This document shows positions 43,416 to 53,229 of a stretch of DNA of 64,000 bases, piece by piece. The stretch is taken from positions 1-64,000 of the forward strand of contig CAVZLN010000006.1 of assembly GCA_963776245.1 (NCBI GenBank), written 5' to 3'. The notes under the pieces were generated by a model. The model was not told where the DNA came from. It saw only the letters and a program-made list of their open reading frames with translations, and ran no database searches. The translations under genes were made by a program, and so were the position numbers. The first letter of the stretch is position 1, and the number at the start of each line of letters is the position of its first letter. This stretch comes from Candidatus Eiseniibacteriota bacterium (GTDB lineage Bacteria; Eisenbacteria; RBG-16-71-46).

Positions 43416-45263
43416 CTAGCGGATCCACACCACCTTGCCCGACGCGTTCCCCGCGTCGGTGCGCAGGTCCCAGAAGTAGATGCCGCTCGCCAGTGACTCG
43501 GGAAAACGCCATCCCAGCCGGCTCTCGCCCGCGTGCAGCTCGCCCGCGGCGCGATGCACGCGCTCGCCCTCGAGGGACACCACGTCGAGCGAGTACCGCG
43601 AAGACCGCGGCAGGGTGACCGTGAGTTCGGCGCCCTCGGCCCGCACACGGGCGACCGGATTGGGCCACTCCGTGACGTGGAGGCCTGCGGGAGGCGCGCC
43701 CGGCCGGCCCACGCCGAGCTCCTGGGGCACCGGGCTCTCCAGGTGCCGGATGATATTGAGCACGACCTGTCGGACGACCGGGTTGCCCGTGGTGCCGACG
43801 TAGTACCAGAGGTCGTCGCCAAGATGGCGGTAGGGCATCGTGAAGACGGCGCCCTGGCCAGGCTGCTGGTACCCACCCATGACCCCCCAGCACGGAGACA
43901 CCGGGTGCGAGGTACCATACGGGTTGGCCTCGCACGTCGCGGCGATCGCGAACGACCAGGGCGTTCCCCGGGCGTAGGCGTCCGCCATCAGCGTGGGCCT
44001 GCCGTCGGCGGTGGACGGATCGCCGAACCATGTGAGCTTCGCGCCATCCACCTCGTCGCCCGGCAGGTGGGTGGCGCCGAGCTTCGCGCCCTTCGCCAGA
44101 CCGGTGTTCGCGAACGCCCAGTGCGTCGAGTCGCGCACCGTCCAGTCGGTCGGGGTGCCTTGCCCGTCGCTGTCCAGGGACGCCTGCGTGGCGTCCCCCC
44201 AGTCGAGGCCGGTGAGCGAATACGCCCCGCGGTTGGCCGGCGGGAGTCTCCAGTTGTAGGTGCCGGGGTGCAGCGGATGGGGTCCGGTCGGCCCATAGAG
44301 GTACTGCTGCCCGGGCAGGATGCCGCGCGTGCCGCCATCGGCGTCGCTGATGTTGTCGCCCTTGTAACAGATCAGCTGGCGCATGTCGGTGGAGTACTCG
44401 GTCCGCCACCAGCAGGTGTTGCCGGTGGCGAAGAAGACGTTGCCGCCGCTGGCGATGTACGCCTCGACGGCGTCCCGCTGGGACTCGGACCAGTACTCCG
44501 AGTGCCCGGTGAACACCACTTCCTGGTACGCGCTGAGCAGGGCGAGTCCCTGGACGTGGATGTCCTCCATGGTGGCGTAGTCGGCCTCCACGCCGGACAG
44601 GGCGAGGAAGCGCACCCACGGCAGGTCGAACTGGGCGAACTGGCCACGCCCGTCGTTGGTGTCCGCCGGGCGCTCGAGCGAGGCCATGTTGGTGCGGTCG
44701 GCGGACAGCTTGTCGTAGAGGGAGCGCCCGCCCCAGGCCTGATAGGCGAAGCAGGTCGAGGTGGAGGGAACCACTAGGATGGGGTGGGTCGGCTGCGGGT
44801 TGCGGACGAAGAACGGCACCTGTTGACGCATGAAGCTGGGCTCACCGTCCTCGGGCCACACCTCGACGTAGTACGCCGCGCTGACCCAATCGGCCGGAAC
44901 GACGACCCGCAGCGTCGGCGCCCAGCCGCAGCCGGTCGACGACACCCCGACGTTGACGCCGGCCGCGTCCGTGACCAGTTGATGGCCGGCGGGCGTGTGG
45001 GGGTGGTGGGCTCCGGTGCCGTCGTACACGTAGGTCTCGCTCGCGCCCACCCGCTGGAAGCGGATCCCCACCGTCGGCGACTTCGAGCACACGAAGATCG
45101 ACAGCGTGTCCCCCGCCACCACCGAGGGCGGCCAGACATAGGCGTAGATCGACTTGATGGGGGCGCCGGTCCAGGTCGGATCCAGCGGATCGACCATCGC
45201 GGCGGTGGCCGGGGACGCGGCGGCCAGCGCCAGTCCGAGCGCGCCGTGGAGCCACCACGGCAT
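43416..45263 (-). CDS. Secreted N,N-dimethylformamidase beta-subunit-like protein with a FlgD/T9SS-like C-terminal domain
   Basis: AYQAWGGRSLY, SLERP, GHSEYWS, GGNVFFATGNTCWWR; tail WPNP...ASGIYF...GKVVWIR. Confidence 0.8.
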   Translation of the reverse strand: MPWWLHGALGLALAAASPATAAMVDPLDPTWTGAPIKSIYAYVWPPSVVAGDTLSIFVCSKSPTVGIRFQRVGASETYVYDGTGAHHPHTPAGHQLVTDAAGVNVGVSSTGCGWAPTLRVVVPADWVSAAYYVEVWPEDGEPSFMRQQVPFFVRNPQPTHPILVVPSTSTCFAYQAWGGRSLYDKLSADRTNMASLERPADTNDGRGQFAQFDLPWVRFLALSGVEADYATMEDIHVQGLALLSAYQEVVFTGHSEYWSESQRDAVEAYIASGGNVFFATGNTCWWRTEYSTDMRQLICYKGDNISDADGGTRGILPGQQYLYGPTGPHPLHPGTYNWRLPPANRGAYSLTGLDWGDATQASLDSDGQGTPTDWTVRDSTHWAFANTGLAKGAKLGATHLPGDEVDGAKLTWFGDPSTADGRPTLMADAYARGTPWSFAIAATCEANPYGTSHPVSPCWGVMGGYQQPGQGAVFTMPYRHLGDDLWYYVGTTGNPVVRQVVLNIIRHLESPVPQELGVGRPGAPPAGLHVTEWPNPVARVRAEGAELTVTLPRSSRYSLDVVSLEGERVHRAAGELHAGESRLGWRFPESLASGIYFWDLRTDAGNASGKVVWIR

Positions 45264-45466
45264 GAGCACCGATCGCGGTCTCAGATACACACCGGGACAC
45301 TCCCTGGGGGGGGCCAGTGGGAACGCGACGGTGCCGGGACGCACGTTCGCCCGGCGGGACGGCTATAAGCGTACGGCGGCCCGGGGGTTTCCGCCAGCGG
45401 CGCCATCCGGACCGGCCGGCGCCACGCGGGGCCGGGCCGGCGGCGGTCCCCCGGCGCGAATCCCCC

Positions 45467-45496
45467 GTTGACCAACGAACGTTCGTTCGTTAACGT
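45467..45496 (+). promoter_or_regulatory. Sigma70 promoter with an overlapping palindromic TetR-type operator
   Basis: -35 TTGACC (45468-73), 17-bp spacer, -10 TAACGT (45491-96). Perfect palindrome AACGAACGTTCGTT (45474-87) within a 28-bp imperfect palindrome. Confidence 0.75.
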
Positions 45497-45544
45497 CCGC
45501 GGGTCGGGAGCCCCCCAGCTTCCCTGTCGCCGCGAGGTCCGCGC

Positions 45545-46606
45545 ATGAACGCTCCTGTCGCGTATTTCCTCGACGCGCCCGCCGCACCGCTGGTGCCGCG
45601 CGCGCTCGAGCTGGCCCCGCCCGGGCCCGGCGAGGCCGTCGTCGAGGTCCTCGCCTGCGGCCTGTGCCACACCGACCTCGGGTTCGCCGACGGCTCGGTG
45701 CGCCCCAATCACGCGCTTCCCCTGGTGCTCGGCCACGAGGTCGTGGGCACCGTCACCGCGACCGGGGACGGCGTGACGCTGAAGACCGGCACCCGCGTCA
45801 TCGTGCCCGCGGTGCTGCCGTGCGGCACGTGCGCGTTCTGCCGCGCGGGCCGCGGGAACGCCTGCCCCTCGCAGAAGATGCCCGGCAACGACATCCACGG
45901 CGGCTTCGCCACCCACCTGCTGGTGCCGGCCGCCCCGCTGGTCTCGCTCGACGGTCTGCCCGCGGGCGTGGACGTCCGGATGCTCTCGGTGGTGGCCGAC
46001 GCGGTCTCGACCGCGTACCAGGCGGTGCGCCGCGCGGACCTCAAGGCCGGGGATGTCGCGTTCGTCGTCGGCGCGGGCGGCGTGGGCGGATTCGTCACCC
46101 AGATCGCGCACGCCATGGGCGCACGGGTCGCGGTGTGCGACGTGCAGCCGGCCCGCCTCGCGCAGTTGCTCGCCCACGGCGCCGCGCACACCGCGGACGT
46201 CCGTGATCGCACGCCCCAGGAGGTCCGCAAGGAGCTGCACGCGCTGGCGCGCGGATGGGACGTGCCCTCGCTGCGCTGGCGCGTCTTCGAGTGCAGCGGG
46301 AGCCCCGCCGGGCAGACGCTCGCCTTCGGGCTCCTCTCCCGCGGCGCGACCCTGCTGCAGGTGGGCTACACCATCCAGACGGTGGAGGTGCGCCTCTCCA
46401 ACCTGATGGCGTTCGACGCCACCATTCACGGCACCTGGGGCTGTCCGCCGGAGGCGTATGCCGATGTGCTGCGCCTGATCGCCGAGGGCAAGGTGGCGCT
46501 CGAGCCGTTCGTCGAGCACGCGCCGATGTCCTCGATCAACGAACTGCTCGACGCCCTGGCGCATCACCGGCTGGAGCGCCGCATGATCCTCGACCCTCGC
46601 CGCTAG
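45545..46606 (+). CDS. had: 6-hydroxycyclohex-1-ene-1-carbonyl-CoA dehydrogenase
   Basis: Zn-ADH motifs CGLCHTD and GHE, plus QKMPGNDIHGGFA, RLSNLMAFDA, WGCPPE; operon context. Confidence 0.92.
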   Translation: MNAPVAYFLDAPAAPLVPRALELAPPGPGEAVVEVLACGLCHTDLGFADGSVRPNHALPLVLGHEVVGTVTATGDGVTLKTGTRVIVPAVLPCGTCAFCRAGRGNACPSQKMPGNDIHGGFATHLLVPAAPLVSLDGLPAGVDVRMLSVVADAVSTAYQAVRRADLKAGDVAFVVGAGGVGGFVTQIAHAMGARVAVCDVQPARLAQLLAHGAAHTADVRDRTPQEVRKELHALARGWDVPSLRWRVFECSGSPAGQTLAFGLLSRGATLLQVGYTIQTVEVRLSNLMAFDATIHGTWGCPPEAYADVLRLIAEGKVALEPFVEHAPMSSINELLDALAHHRLERRMILDPRR

Positions 46607-46616
46607 GGAGCCGCCG

Positions 46617-47750
46617 ATGCCCGAGACCACGCACCCGCCGGTCGCCATGAAGAGCCACGAGCTCGACCCGGAGTTCCGTTTCCGCTCCATCCGCTACGAG
46701 GAGCGCCCGGTGCTGGGCCGCGACGGCACTCCCGTCGCCGGCCTGCACCAGACCTGGATCTGGCTCGACAACGAGAAGCAGCTCAACTCCTACACCACCG
46801 ACGCGGTGAAGGAGATCATCCTGGCGTTCCGCCGCGCCAGCATGGACCGCCGCAGCGTGGCGGTGGTGTTCACGGCGGTGGGGGCGCGCTCCTTCTGCAC
46901 CGGCGGCAACACCGAGGAGTACGCGGTCTATTACGCCGGACGCCCGCTCGAGTACCTGCAGTACATGCGCCTGTTCAACGACATGGTCACCGCCATCCTG
47001 CTGTGCGACAAGCCGGTGATCTGCCGCGTCAACGGCATGCGCATCGGGGGCGGTCAGGAGATCGGCATGGCGTGCGACTTCTCGATCGCCGGCGACCACG
47101 CGCGCTTCGGCCAGGCCGGCCCGGTGCACGGCTCCGCGCCCGATGGCGGGTCGACCGACTTCCTCCACCTCTACGTGGGGTTCGGGAACGCGGCGGAGTC
47201 GCTGGTGTTGTGCGAGCCATGGTCGGCGCACAAGGCGCAGCGCCTCGGACTGGTGAACGAGATCGTGCCGGTGCACCGCGGCGCGGACGGCGCGTGGCTG
47301 CCCAACCCGTACGCGCACACCGACCGCTGGACCGACGCGATGGGCCGCGTCGTGTTCGGCGACTGGAAGACCGGGGACGACGCCCGCGCGGCCAAGGCGG
47401 CGGCCGCCGCGTGCACCGTCGATCTCGCGCTGCTGGACGAGGCGGTGGACCGGATGGTCACCAAGCTCATGCACACCTTCCCCGACTGCACGCGCAAGAC
47501 GCTCGAGAGCCTGCGCAAGAAGAAGCTCGAGCACTGGTACGCCAACAGCGAGACCAACCGCTCGTGGCTGGCGCTCAACATGAACACCGAGGCGGCGGCG
47601 GGATTCCCCGCGTTCCACTTCGGGGACAACAACGAGCGCACGATCGACTTCGCGGAGATGCGGCGCGCGTATGCGGAAGGCGCCCGCTTCGACGCCGACC
47701 TGGTGCGCCGCGTGCTGCCGCCCTCGGCGCGCGCGCGGATGGACACGTGA
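46617..47750 (+). CDS. oah: 6-oxocyclohex-1-ene-1-carbonyl-CoA hydrolase
   Basis: NSYTTDAVKE, FCTGGNTEEYA, RVNGMRIGGGQEIGMACD, WLALNMNTEA. Confidence 0.95.
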   Translation: MPETTHPPVAMKSHELDPEFRFRSIRYEERPVLGRDGTPVAGLHQTWIWLDNEKQLNSYTTDAVKEIILAFRRASMDRRSVAVVFTAVGARSFCTGGNTEEYAVYYAGRPLEYLQYMRLFNDMVTAILLCDKPVICRVNGMRIGGGQEIGMACDFSIAGDHARFGQAGPVHGSAPDGGSTDFLHLYVGFGNAAESLVLCEPWSAHKAQRLGLVNEIVPVHRGADGAWLPNPYAHTDRWTDAMGRVVFGDWKTGDDARAAKAAAAACTVDLALLDEAVDRMVTKLMHTFPDCTRKTLESLRKKKLEHWYANSETNRSWLALNMNTEAAAGFPAFHFGDNNERTIDFAEMRRAYAEGARFDADLVRRVLPPSARARMDT

Positions 47751-47760
47751 GGAGGCGACG

Positions 47761-48561
47761 ATGAACCTCCCCCCTGCCCCCTCCTCCCTGTCGCGCGCGG
47801 AGCTGATCGAGCACGGCACGGTATTGCGCATCGTGATGGACAAGCCCAAGGGCAACGTGCTCTCGCGCGCGATGATGTCCGAGCTCGCGGCCACCCTCGC
47901 GGCGCACCGCGACCTGCCCCACCTGCGGCTGGTGATCCTGCGCGGTGCGGGCGGCCACTTCTCCTTCGGTGCCGCGGTCGAGGAGCACGTGCCCGAACTG
48001 GCGGCCGCGATGCTCGCGGAGTTCCACGCCTTCATCCGCGCGCTCGCGGCCTATCCGGTGCCGGTGGCGGCGCTGGTCGAGGGACGCTGCCTGGGCGGGG
48101 CGTTCGAGACCGTGCTCGCCTGCCATCTGGTGTTCGCCGCGTCGAACGCGCGCTTCGGCTGCCCCGAGATCAAGCTCGGCGTGTTCCCTCCGGTGCTCGC
48201 GGCGGCGGGCGCGCTGCGGCTCGGCGGCGCGCTCGCCGAGCGGCTGCTGGTCACCGGCGACGAGCTCGACGCCGCGGCCGCGGCGCGTGCCGGGCTGGTC
48301 GCGCGCGTGCTCGAGGACGGCACCGACCCCGAGGCCGCGGTGCTCGAGTGGTACCGCGAGCGACTCGCGCCCCTGTCGGCGTTCTCGCTGCGCGCCGCGA
48401 CCCGCGCCGCGCGGGAGGGCTCGGGCCTGCTCGCCGCCCTCGGGGCGCCGCTCGACGCCGCGGAGCGGCTCTACCTCGAGCGGCTGGTGCCGAGCTACGA
48501 CGGCAACGAGGGCGTCGCCGCGTTCCTGGCGCGTCGCGCGCCGGTCTGGAAGGACGCGTGA
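47761..48561 (+). CDS. dch: Cyclohexa-1,5-dienecarbonyl-CoA hydratase
   Basis: PKGNVL, HFSFGAAVEEH, CLGG, PEIKLGVFPP, DGNEG. Confidence 0.9.
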   Translation: MNLPPAPSSLSRAELIEHGTVLRIVMDKPKGNVLSRAMMSELAATLAAHRDLPHLRLVILRGAGGHFSFGAAVEEHVPELAAAMLAEFHAFIRALAAYPVPVAALVEGRCLGGAFETVLACHLVFAASNARFGCPEIKLGVFPPVLAAAGALRLGGALAERLLVTGDELDAAAAARAGLVARVLEDGTDPEAAVLEWYRERLAPLSAFSLRAATRAAREGSGLLAALGAPLDAAERLYLERLVPSYDGNEGVAAFLARRAPVWKDA

Positions 48562-49265
48562 ACGATCCCCCCCGGCGCATCCCGCCCTCGCCGCGCGTGG
48601 CGCGCAAGGAGGCCGGGCGCGTGGACATCCTGCAGGCCGCGGCCGGCCTGCTGGCGACCCATGGGTATCACGGCATGTCGATGCGCGACCTCGCGGCCGC
48701 CGCCGGCATGAGCCTCGCCAATCTCTACAACTACTTCGGCTCGAAGGAGGACCTGCTGTTCGCGCTCCAGACGCGCTCCTTCGAGACCCTGATCGCCATC
48801 GCCGCGGAGGTCACGGCGGGCGCCGGGAACGCCGAGGCGCAGCTGCACGCGTTCATCCTCAGCCACGTGCGCTACGTGTCGAGCCATCGCGACGTCATGC
48901 GCGTGCTGGTCGAGGAGGCGGGCGGGCTGCCACCCGCACAACGCCGCGCCGTGCGCGCGCTCAAGGAGCGCTATTTCCGCCTCGGGCTCGCCACCGTGCG
49001 CGCGGCCCAGCCGCGCGGACGCCCGGCCGGCCGCCGGTCACTCGAACGCATCACCTACAGCATCTTCGGCATGCTCAACTGGGTGTACGCGTGGTACGAG
49101 CCGGGGCGTCACGGCTCGCCCCACGAGGTCGCGCGCACCATCCATCGTCTCGCGATGACCGGGATGGCCGGTCGCGCGTCCGGCCGCGCTTCGCTCACCG
49201 CCACCGAGCGTCACGTCGAGCGGGTGGCCGTCCGCTCCCCGATCCATCTGCACCCTCCCGACTGA
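48558..49265 (+). CDS. TetR family transcriptional regulator (KstR2/PaaR-like)
   Basis: HGYHGMSMRDLAAAAGMSLANLYNYFGSKEDLL; C-terminal FGMLNWVYAWY. Confidence 0.92.
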   Translation: MNDPPRRIPPSPRVARKEAGRVDILQAAAGLLATHGYHGMSMRDLAAAAGMSLANLYNYFGSKEDLLFALQTRSFETLIAIAAEVTAGAGNAEAQLHAFILSHVRYVSSHRDVMRVLVEEAGGLPPAQRRAVRALKERYFRLGLATVRAAQPRGRPAGRRSLERITYSIFGMLNWVYAWYEPGRHGSPHEVARTIHRLAMTGMAGRASGRASLTATERHVERVAVRSPIHLHPPD

Positions 49266-49276
49266 GGACGATCCCC

Positions 49277-50482
49277 ATGGATCCCGCCCGTACCGCCCCG
49301 ACCCCGCCGGACCCCTGCGCGCCGTTCCTCGAGCGCGCGCTGGAGCAGGTCGAGGACCACACCTTCGCCGCCGTGCGCGCGTGGAAGGCCGCCCATCCGG
49401 GAGCGCTCGCGATCGGGCACATGCCGATCTACGCGCCGCGCCCGCTGCTCGAGGCGATGGGATGCCTGCCGGTCGCCGTGTTCGGCGCCGGCGCGCAGAT
49501 CGACATCATCCGCGGCGATTCGTACTTCCAGTCCTACATGTGCCACATCCCGCGCAGCACGCTCGAGCTCGCGCTCAACGGCCACCTCGACGCGCTCGAC
49601 GGGATGCTGTTCCCGTCCATCTGCGACGTCATCCGCAATCTCGGCGGGATGTGGCACATGCTCTTCCCGGAGCGCTACGCGTTCTACCTCGATCTGCCGC
49701 AGAACTTCGACGCGGCGCTCGGCGGCCGCTTCTACGTCGAGCAGATGCGCACCGTGGCGCGCGACCTCGAGGCCCGCGGCGCGCGGCCGCTCACCGACGC
49801 CGCGCTCCGCGCGGCGCTCGCCGACGAGGACGCCCGGCGCGAGCGGCTGGCCACCCTCGACGCGCTGCGCCGTCGCGAGCCGTGGCGCGTGCGCTGTTCG
49901 GAGGCCTACCTGATCGTGCGCGCCGGCACCCAGATGCTGGCGCGGGAGCACACCGCCCTGCTCGACGCGTTCCTCGCCGCCGCCGCCGATCGCCCGGCCA
50001 GGGTCTTCGACAACGCGCGCGTCGTGCTGGTGGGATCGTTCTGCGAGCAGCCGCCGATCGAGCTGATCCGCACGCTCGAACGCGCCGGCTGCGACATCCT
50101 CGACGACGACCTGCAGCTCGGCCTGCGGATGATCGAGCAGCCGGTCGCGGCGGGCGCGGACGAGCCGCCGCTCGACGCGCTCGCCCGGGGCTACCTGGAG
50201 CACGGCGCGGCGACCGCTTCGCGGTACATCGCCGAGGGCGTCAAGGGCGCGGCGCTGATCGAGAAAGTGCGGGCCTGCGGCGCCGACGGCGTCATCTTCG
50301 CCGCCGCGTCGTTCTGCGACCCGGCGCTGCTCGACCAACCGATGCTGGAGGTCGCGCTGGACGCCGCCGGGATCCCGCACACCAGCGTGAAGTTCGCCGA
50401 GAACACCGGCCAGTTCCAGACCACGCGCGAGCAGGCCGGCGCGTTCTCCGACGCCGTCAAGCTCTGGGAGGGCCAGTCATGA
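49277..50482 (+). CDS. bcrC: Benzoyl-CoA reductase subunit C
   Basis: IIRGDSYFQSYMCHIPRST, FPSICDVIRNL, FCEQPP, SFCDPALLD, KFAENTGQ. Confidence 0.93.
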   Translation: MDPARTAPTPPDPCAPFLERALEQVEDHTFAAVRAWKAAHPGALAIGHMPIYAPRPLLEAMGCLPVAVFGAGAQIDIIRGDSYFQSYMCHIPRSTLELALNGHLDALDGMLFPSICDVIRNLGGMWHMLFPERYAFYLDLPQNFDAALGGRFYVEQMRTVARDLEARGARPLTDAALRAALADEDARRERLATLDALRRREPWRVRCSEAYLIVRAGTQMLAREHTALLDAFLAAAADRPARVFDNARVVLVGSFCEQPPIELIRTLERAGCDILDDDLQLGLRMIEQPVAAGADEPPLDALARGYLEHGAATASRYIAEGVKGAALIEKVRACGADGVIFAAASFCDPALLDQPMLEVALDAAGIPHTSVKFAENTGQFQTTREQAGAFSDAVKLWEGQS

Positions 50483-51786
50483 GCACCCCCACGCCGCCCG
50501 CCACGCCCGCCGCTCCCGAGAGCGCCAAGGACCTGAGCCAGGTCCGGCAGAAGCGCATGATCGCGGATCTGTTCGACCGTCTCGCGCGCTCGAAGGCGGA
50601 CGGCAAGCCGGTGGTCTACACGTTCGTGCCCGGGAACCTCACCGAGATGATCGGCGCGCTCGACATGCTGCCGGTGCTGCCCGAGATCAACGCCCTGCAA
50701 TCCGGGATGCGCGGACGCTCGGGCGGCTACATCGCCGAGGCCGAGAAGGCCGGGCACTCCGAGGACGTCTGCACGTACGTCAAGTGCGACATCGGGATGC
50801 TGCGCAGCGGCAACATCGGCCCCACCGGCACCAAGCTCCCGGAGCCCGACCTGCTGCTGCTCTCCTATACCGGCTGCTTCACGTTCATGAAGTGGTTCGA
50901 GCTGCTGCGCGAGCAGTACAAGTGCCCGGTCGTGATGCTCCACGTGCCGTACCAGCCGGACGGGATCATCACGCCGGACATGCGCCGCTACGTGGTGGAG
51001 CAGCTGCGCGACAAGGTGGTGCCCGCGCTCGAGGCGGTCGCCGGCCGGAAGCTCGACCTCGACGAGCTGGCGCGCCGGCTGGCGCTATCCGCCCAGGCCG
51101 AAGACGATCTGGTGGCGGTGTGGGAGTCGGCGCGCCACCGCCCCTCGCCCATCGACGGCTACTTCGGCGGCGTGTACTACATCGGACCGATCTTCAGCGC
51201 CTTCCGGGGCACCGAGGACGCGGTCGCCTACTACCGCGAGCTGCGCGCAGAGGTCGAGGCGCGCATCGCCAGCGGCGAGGGCCCGACCACGCCCGACGGT
51301 CCGCTCGGCGAGGAGCGCTACCGCCTGGTCATCGAGGGCCCGCCGAACTGGACCAGCTTCAACGATTTCTGGCGCATGTTCTCGCGTGAGGGCGCGGTGG
51401 TGGTGGCGAGCACGTACACGCGCGTGGGCGGGCTCTACGACACCGGATTCCGCCACGACCCCCGGCATCCGCTCGAGAGCCTCGCCGACTACTGCCTCGG
51501 CTGCTACACCAACCTCGGGTTGTCGTCGCGCGTCGCGCTGCTCGAGCGCTACATCCGCGACTACCACGCCGACGGCTTCATCATCAACAGCGTGAAGTCG
51601 TGCAATTCGTTCAGCGCCGGCCAGCTGCTCATGCTGCGCGAGCTCGAGAAGCGCACCGGCGTGCCGGGCGGGTTCATCGAGTCCGACCTCGTGGATCCGC
51701 GCTACTTCGGCAAGGCCAACATCGAGAACCGGATCCAATCCTACCTGCAGATGATCGAGGCGCGCCGCCACGGAGGATTCGCATGA
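50479..51786 (+). CDS. bcrB: Benzoyl-CoA reductase subunit B
   Basis: TFVPGNL, LPEINALQ, GHSEDVCTYVKCDIG, YTGCFTFMKWFE, SVKSCNSFSAGQ. Confidence 0.95.
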   Translation: MSTPTPPATPAAPESAKDLSQVRQKRMIADLFDRLARSKADGKPVVYTFVPGNLTEMIGALDMLPVLPEINALQSGMRGRSGGYIAEAEKAGHSEDVCTYVKCDIGMLRSGNIGPTGTKLPEPDLLLLSYTGCFTFMKWFELLREQYKCPVVMLHVPYQPDGIITPDMRRYVVEQLRDKVVPALEAVAGRKLDLDELARRLALSAQAEDDLVAVWESARHRPSPIDGYFGGVYYIGPIFSAFRGTEDAVAYYRELRAEVEARIASGEGPTTPDGPLGEERYRLVIEGPPNWTSFNDFWRMFSREGAVVVASTYTRVGGLYDTGFRHDPRHPLESLADYCLGCYTNLGLSSRVALLERYIRDYHADGFIINSVKSCNSFSAGQLLMLRELEKRTGVPGGFIESDLVDPRYFGKANIENRIQSYLQMIEARRHGGFA

Positions 51787-53225
51787 AGTGCGTCGTCGGC
51801 ATCGACCTCGGCTCGACCACCACCAAGGCCGTCCTCATGGACGAGCACGGCGCCATCCTCGGCCAGGGCATCACCAACAGCCGGAGCAACTACGAGGTGG
51901 CCTGCGCGGTGGCCCACGAGGAAGCGCTGCTCTCCGCGCGCCGCAGCCTGGTGGAGCGCGCCATCGCGGCCCTCGAAGGCCCGGGCGCGGACGAGTCGCG
52001 CACGCTCGGCCCGCGGCTGTTCGACGCGCTGCGGCTCGAGATGTACCTCGAGGAACTGGGGGAGCTCGCGGAAGCGGTGCTCCACCACCTCGCGCATCCG
52101 GGGGTGCGCGGGGCTCGCGAGACCCTCGAGCCCGCCGCGCGCGAGGTGCTGGGCGACATGGAGCGCACCGCGCCGGAGATGTTCCTGGGCGCGGCCCCGC
52201 GCAAGAGCGACTTCTTCCGCGACCTCGCCGGAGCCGCGTTCATGGCCGGCGCCGAGCGCATCTGCGCGAGCGGAGCGGTGCCGTTCGACCGGCTGGTGGG
52301 ATTGTTCGACCGCGCGATCCTCGACGTCGAGGTCCGCTTCCGCCGCCCGCAGTTCTCCGCGCTGGTGCGGCGCGCTCTCGAGCGCATCGCCCCCGCGCGC
52401 GAGGCCGGGCATGTCGCGGCGCGTCCGCGCATCGAGGAGGTGCTGCGCGACGCCGCCGACCTGCCGCTCGACGAGGTGGCGTTCGTGGGGACCGGCTACG
52501 GGCGCCAGACCCTGCCGTTCCCCAAGGAGGCGGTGCGCAGCGAGATCCTCTGCCATGGCCGTGGCGCCCACGACTCGTTCGCCGACACGCGCACCGTGCT
52601 CGACATCGGCGGGCAGGACACCAAGGCCATCCAGGTGAACGAGATCGGCGTCGTGACGTCGTTCCAGATGAACGACCGCTGCGCCGCCGGCTGCGGGCGC
52701 TACCTGGGCTACATCGCCGACGAGCTGAATCTCGGCCTCCACGAACTCGGCCCGCTCGCGCTCCAGGCGCGCAAGCTGGTGCGCGTGAACTCCACGTGCA
52801 CGGTGTTCGCGGGCGCCGAGCTGCGCGACCGGCTGGCGCTGGGACAGAACCGCGCGGACATCCTGGCGGGGCTCCATCGGGCGATGATGCTGCGCGCGAT
52901 GTCCCTGCTGGCGCGCTCCGGCGGGATCGACAACGCCTTCACGTTCACCGGTGGGGTGTGCAAGAACCCGATGGCGACGCGCATCCTGGCGGAGCTGGTG
53001 CACGAGCACTATGGCGCCGGCATCACGCTCCACACCCACGCCGATTCGATCTACATGGGCGCGCGCGGCGCCGCGCTGTTCGCGCTCGACGACCTGCGCG
53101 CCGGGCGCCCGGGGATCCTGCCCAACTTCGGCCGCGCCGCCGATCCGCCGGCCGAGGAGCCCCCCTGCGGGGGCGGCGAGCCCGCGACGGTCCAGTTCGG
53201 CCATGACGCGAAAGCACAGGGGTAA
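51783..53225 (+). CDS. bcrA: Benzoyl-CoA reductase subunit A (ATPase)
   Basis: GIDLGSTTTK, ITNSRSNY, SEILCHG, DIGGQDTK, FQMNDRCAAGCGRYLG. Confidence 0.95.
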   Translation: MKCVVGIDLGSTTTKAVLMDEHGAILGQGITNSRSNYEVACAVAHEEALLSARRSLVERAIAALEGPGADESRTLGPRLFDALRLEMYLEELGELAEAVLHHLAHPGVRGARETLEPAAREVLGDMERTAPEMFLGAAPRKSDFFRDLAGAAFMAGAERICASGAVPFDRLVGLFDRAILDVEVRFRRPQFSALVRRALERIAPAREAGHVAARPRIEEVLRDAADLPLDEVAFVGTGYGRQTLPFPKEAVRSEILCHGRGAHDSFADTRTVLDIGGQDTKAIQVNEIGVVTSFQMNDRCAAGCGRYLGYIADELNLGLHELGPLALQARKLVRVNSTCTVFAGAELRDRLALGQNRADILAGLHRAMMLRAMSLLARSGGIDNAFTFTGGVCKNPMATRILAELVHEHYGAGITLHTHADSIYMGARGAALFALDDLRAGRPGILPNFGRAADPPAEEPPCGGGEPATVQFGHDAKAQG

Positions 53226-53229
53226 CCCG

